Assembly (NCBI GenBank): GCA_963666285.1
Contig: OY762711.1
DNA length: 64,000 nucleotides
Reading direction: 5' to 3' (one strand)
Source of the DNA: Sedimentisphaerales bacterium
Lineage (GTDB): Bacteria > Planctomycetota > Phycisphaerae > Sedimentisphaerales > SM23-30
Shown: piece after piece, positions 61,180 through 64,000 of the stretch
Layout: each line of letters begins with the position of its first letter
Numbering within the stretch: the stretch's first letter is position 1
Position numbers and translations under genes: made by a program
The notes under the pieces: generated by a model
What the model was told of the DNA's origin: nothing
Seen by the model: only the letters and a program-made list of their open reading frames with translations
Databases searched by the model: none

Positions 61180-62184
61180 ATGTCTTATGCTGCAAGCTAT
61201 GTAGATAATGAGGTAATAGTGAGCGACGAAATCGAAAAAATCGAGTCAGAAGGTTTGTCAGAAGACGATAAAGCAGATATCGAAGCAGAGTCTAAGGGTA
61301 ATAATTCATCAGTGGATGAATTAGATGAAACTGCTGCTGAAAGTGTCGACGATCTTTCAGAAGCTTATTCAAATGTAGTCACAGAATCCGGTAATGGGAA
61401 GGAAGAGGATTCTGATCAGAATAATCCTGATGCAACTGATGACGAATCTTTAGACAGTGAACCTGGTACTGAGCAGGATGAAAAGTTGGCAGAAGAGAAC
61501 TCTGTTGATAAAGAAGATATTGAAGAAGAGCAGGAGCAATCTGTTGAAAGTGAATCTATATCAGGTTCAACTATGGAAACTGAGGTACAGCCGGAAGATG
61601 TTGACGATAGTGAAGATGAAGATTCAGAAGATTCTGGTAATGAGGAAGGCATTTCAGAGTCAGAATCGGTTGAGATATCAACATGTTCAGTGATTGAGGC
61701 AATATTATTTGCTGCTGATGAGCCGGTAAATGCTCGTAAACTGGTCGAAATTCTAAATGCCGGTGGTGTTAAGGAAGTCAAAAAGCATATAAAGGATCTT
61801 AATAAGAAATATAAGAAAATGGATTGTGCTTTCAGGATAGAAGAATTGGCGGGAGGGTATCAGCTATTGACACTTTCGGCATATAAGCCATGGTTGAGCA
61901 AGTTGATAAAAGTTCGCAGTGAAAGTAAGCTTACCTCTGCTGCTATGGAAACACTTTCTATTATAGCGTATAAACAGCCGATAATGCGGGTTGAAATTGA
62001 AAATATTCGCGGTGTGGCTGCTGGTGAAATGATTCGCCAGCTTATTGAAAAAGGCATGGTTAAGATAGTTGGCAGGGCAGAAGAACTAGGTCGTCCATTG
62101 CTGTATGGAACAACCCAGAAATTCCTCGATATTTTCGGGCTGGGCAGTCTGAAAGATTTACCGCAGCCGGAAGAGCAGAAATAA
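61180..62184 (+). CDS. scpB: SMC-Scp complex subunit ScpB with a long acidic N-terminal extension
   Basis: IEAILFAA, AGGYQL, ETLSIIAYKQP, IENIRGV, GRPLLYGTT. Confidence 0.92.
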   Translation: MSYAASYVDNEVIVSDEIEKIESEGLSEDDKADIEAESKGNNSSVDELDETAAESVDDLSEAYSNVVTESGNGKEEDSDQNNPDATDDESLDSEPGTEQDEKLAEENSVDKEDIEEEQEQSVESESISGSTMETEVQPEDVDDSEDEDSEDSGNEEGISESESVEISTCSVIEAILFAADEPVNARKLVEILNAGGVKEVKKHIKDLNKKYKKMDCAFRIEELAGGYQLLTLSAYKPWLSKLIKVRSESKLTSAAMETLSIIAYKQPIMRVEIENIRGVAAGEMIRQLIEKGMVKIVGRAEELGRPLLYGTTQKFLDIFGLGSLKDLPQPEEQK

Positions 62185-62226
62185 CTATTCGGGTTGATAT
62201 AATTATTTATGCAAATTGGTTTTACA

Positions 62227-62457
62227 TCAACTCTCCCGGATAACATGGATGCCATAAGCAGTAAGTAATCCGCCGGATATTGCTTTCGCGCCAAGGTATG
62301 TCCAATAAAGGTCAGCTTTTTGGCTTCTTTCTACAGTGACAACTCCTCTGTCAGGTCCTCGACGTTTATAGTATATGGCTTTTCCAGAAATAAGCTCCCA
62401 GCCGCAAATCAGTAAAAACAATATTCCAATTATCAATGATGTATATTTGCCTCTCAT
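62227..62457 (-). CDS. Small hypothetical membrane protein
   Basis: 76 aa, two hydrophobic segments. Confidence 0.5.
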   Translation of the reverse strand: MRGKYTSLIIGILFLLICGWELISGKAIYYKRRGPDRGVVTVERSQKADLYWTYLGAKAISGGLLTAYGIHVIRES

Positions 62458-62740
62458 TTGCTTTATCTTTCATGTAAGCATGATAGTTTCAGTTTAAACA
62501 ATTAGGTACTGATATCCTTTTAATTAATCGGTAAAAACACAACAAAACCCAGCCATATATATTAATAAAACATATCAGTGCTTATCGTAGCAAAAGAACT
62601 AATAAAAACCAAGTAATATATGTTAAATAAAGCATATATGAATTGGTTTAATATTTTTGTCAATTGTGGTATAATTCAGAGTTTGTAATACAGACAAGGG
62701 AATATGTTATTTAATTTAACTTTAGTGGAAGCAAATATTT

Positions 62741-63496
62741 ATGACAATAGAAGACTATGTTTTTATAGGTTTGTTGGTACTGTCAGCCTACCTGGTTGGT
62801 GCTATTCCTTTTGGCCTGATTATCAGTAAAATGAAAGGTGTAGATATTCGCCGGCATGGCAGTGGTAACATTGGTGCTACAAATGTTACTCGTGTTCTTG
62901 GCAAACGCTATGGTTATACCTGTTTTGGTTTTGACGTTTTAAAAGGGTTTGTTCCAACCCTAATTGCAGGTATGCAGATAGCAGCTCGCTTAGGCATCAA
63001 GGCTGAGGGTATAGATGGAGAGCATATAACTGGAGTAGAGACTACTGAAGGCCAGATTGCCTGGCTTGCAATTGGCACGGCTACAATTATCGGACATGTT
63101 TTTCCTGTTTATCTGAAGTTTAAAGGCGGCAAGGGGGTGGCAACCTCACTTGGTGTTGTACTTGGCATATGGCCGTATTATACACTGACTGGCCTGGTAG
63201 TATTTCTAATATGGATTGCAATATGGGGTTGGACCAGAACTGTTTCAATTGCGTCTATTATGGCCGCTGCCGCATTTCCGATATTTCTTGCTATTTTGAC
63301 GTCGAAAAATTCAGACTGGCATTTTAAAGATATGTATCCATTGTTTATTTTTAGTATTATATTGGCATTGCTTGTTATTATCCGGCATAAAAGTAATATC
63401 TCCCGATTGCTGGCAGGTACGGAACATAGCGGCAGGTCAAATACTGGGCTGACCGAATCTGAGGATATGTCAAAGGATAAGCCTTCGGCTGAGTAA
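62741..63496 (+). CDS. plsY: Glycerol-3-phosphate acyltransferase
   Basis: DIRRHGSGNIGATNVTR, FDVLKG, GHVFP, FKGGKGVAT, RHKSNISRL. Confidence 0.95.
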   Translation: MTIEDYVFIGLLVLSAYLVGAIPFGLIISKMKGVDIRRHGSGNIGATNVTRVLGKRYGYTCFGFDVLKGFVPTLIAGMQIAARLGIKAEGIDGEHITGVETTEGQIAWLAIGTATIIGHVFPVYLKFKGGKGVATSLGVVLGIWPYYTLTGLVVFLIWIAIWGWTRTVSIASIMAAAAFPIFLAILTSKNSDWHFKDMYPLFIFSIILALLVIIRHKSNISRLLAGTEHSGRSNTGLTESEDMSKDKPSAE

Positions 63497-63584
63497 TGAC
63501 AGTTTTCTGTATCAAAGAGGGGTACAGAAATAACCGATAAGAATTGTAACAATAAAGAGAGACACCATATAGGAAGCATGCAAA

Positions 63585-64000
63585 ATGACGAAGAAACAGA
63601 TCCAATATAATCCTTTGGAAATGAGTGACTGGCAAATCGCACAGGCTGCTGAAGCAGGTATGAAAACCTTCGAACAGCTGGGCAAAGAGATGGGGCTAAA
63701 GCCAAAAGAGTTAATTCCTTATGGACATTATATGGGTAAGGTTGATGCCGCACATGTTATTGACCGTTTGAATGGTGCTCCGCTTGGAAAATATATTGAT
63801 GTTACTGCTATTACTCCCACTCCTTTGGGTGAGGGAAAGACAACAACGGTTCTCGGCCTGGTTCAGGGGCTTGGCGCCTTGGGGCAGAAAGTATGCGGAA
63901 CAATACGCCAACCAAGTGGCGGCCCGACATTTAACATTAAAGGATCAGCAGCCGGCGGCGGATTAAGTCAATGCTTACCAATGACACCGTTTTCGCTTGG
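63585..64000 (+). CDS. fhs: Formate-tetrahydrofolate ligase, N-terminal part (runs off the window edge)
   Basis: Manual translation [19 protein letters not shown]...[20 protein letters not shown]...[20 protein letters not shown]. Not in the ORF track. Confidence 0.93.
   Translation, partial: MTKKQIQYNPLEMSDWQIAQAAEAGMKTFEQLGKEMGLKPKELIPYGHYMGKVDAAHVIDRLNGAPLGKYIDVTAITPTPLGEGKTTTVLGLVQGLGALGQKVCGTIRQPSGGPTFNIKGSAAGGGLSQCLPMTPFSL

Noticed and set aside
63711..63966. Short ORFs 63711-63911 and 63772-63966
   Set aside because: Alternative frames overlapping the truncated fhs gene.

Overview
Bacterial chromosomal window, most likely from a planctomycete (Phycisphaerae-like); this is inferred from a LEPR-XLL/Planctomycete-extracellular leader and the protein styles. 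Housekeeping genes present are cdaA, lptB, rsmD, cca, rsfS, argS, cmoA, amrS, two paaK paralogs, folC, scpB, plsY, fhs and tRNA-Glu. Between about 3 and 37 kb they are interleaved with accessory genes: an RloA/RloB-type pair, vapBC, glycoside hydrolases, an ATPase+TPR pair, one IS701 and two IS110/IS1111-type elements. The spacers in that stretch are full of same-strand hairpin plus 7/9/10-mer repeats. Main observations: (1) both IS1111-type elements carry a readable bridge/seekRNA-like loop whose arms match their own insertion sites, and both sites belong to one TTCGTG decamer repeat family, with an empty site at 4619-4629. (2) A four-helix-bundle gene is bracketed by a perfect 48-bp heptamer-containing direct repeat. 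(3) A 2928-aa LEPR-XLL surface protein is preceded by an about 1.15-kb, densely base-paired non-coding leader and lies divergent from a GAF-HlyD/HlyD/M50-HlyD/ABC export cluster. All calls were made by eye, without database searches or folding software.
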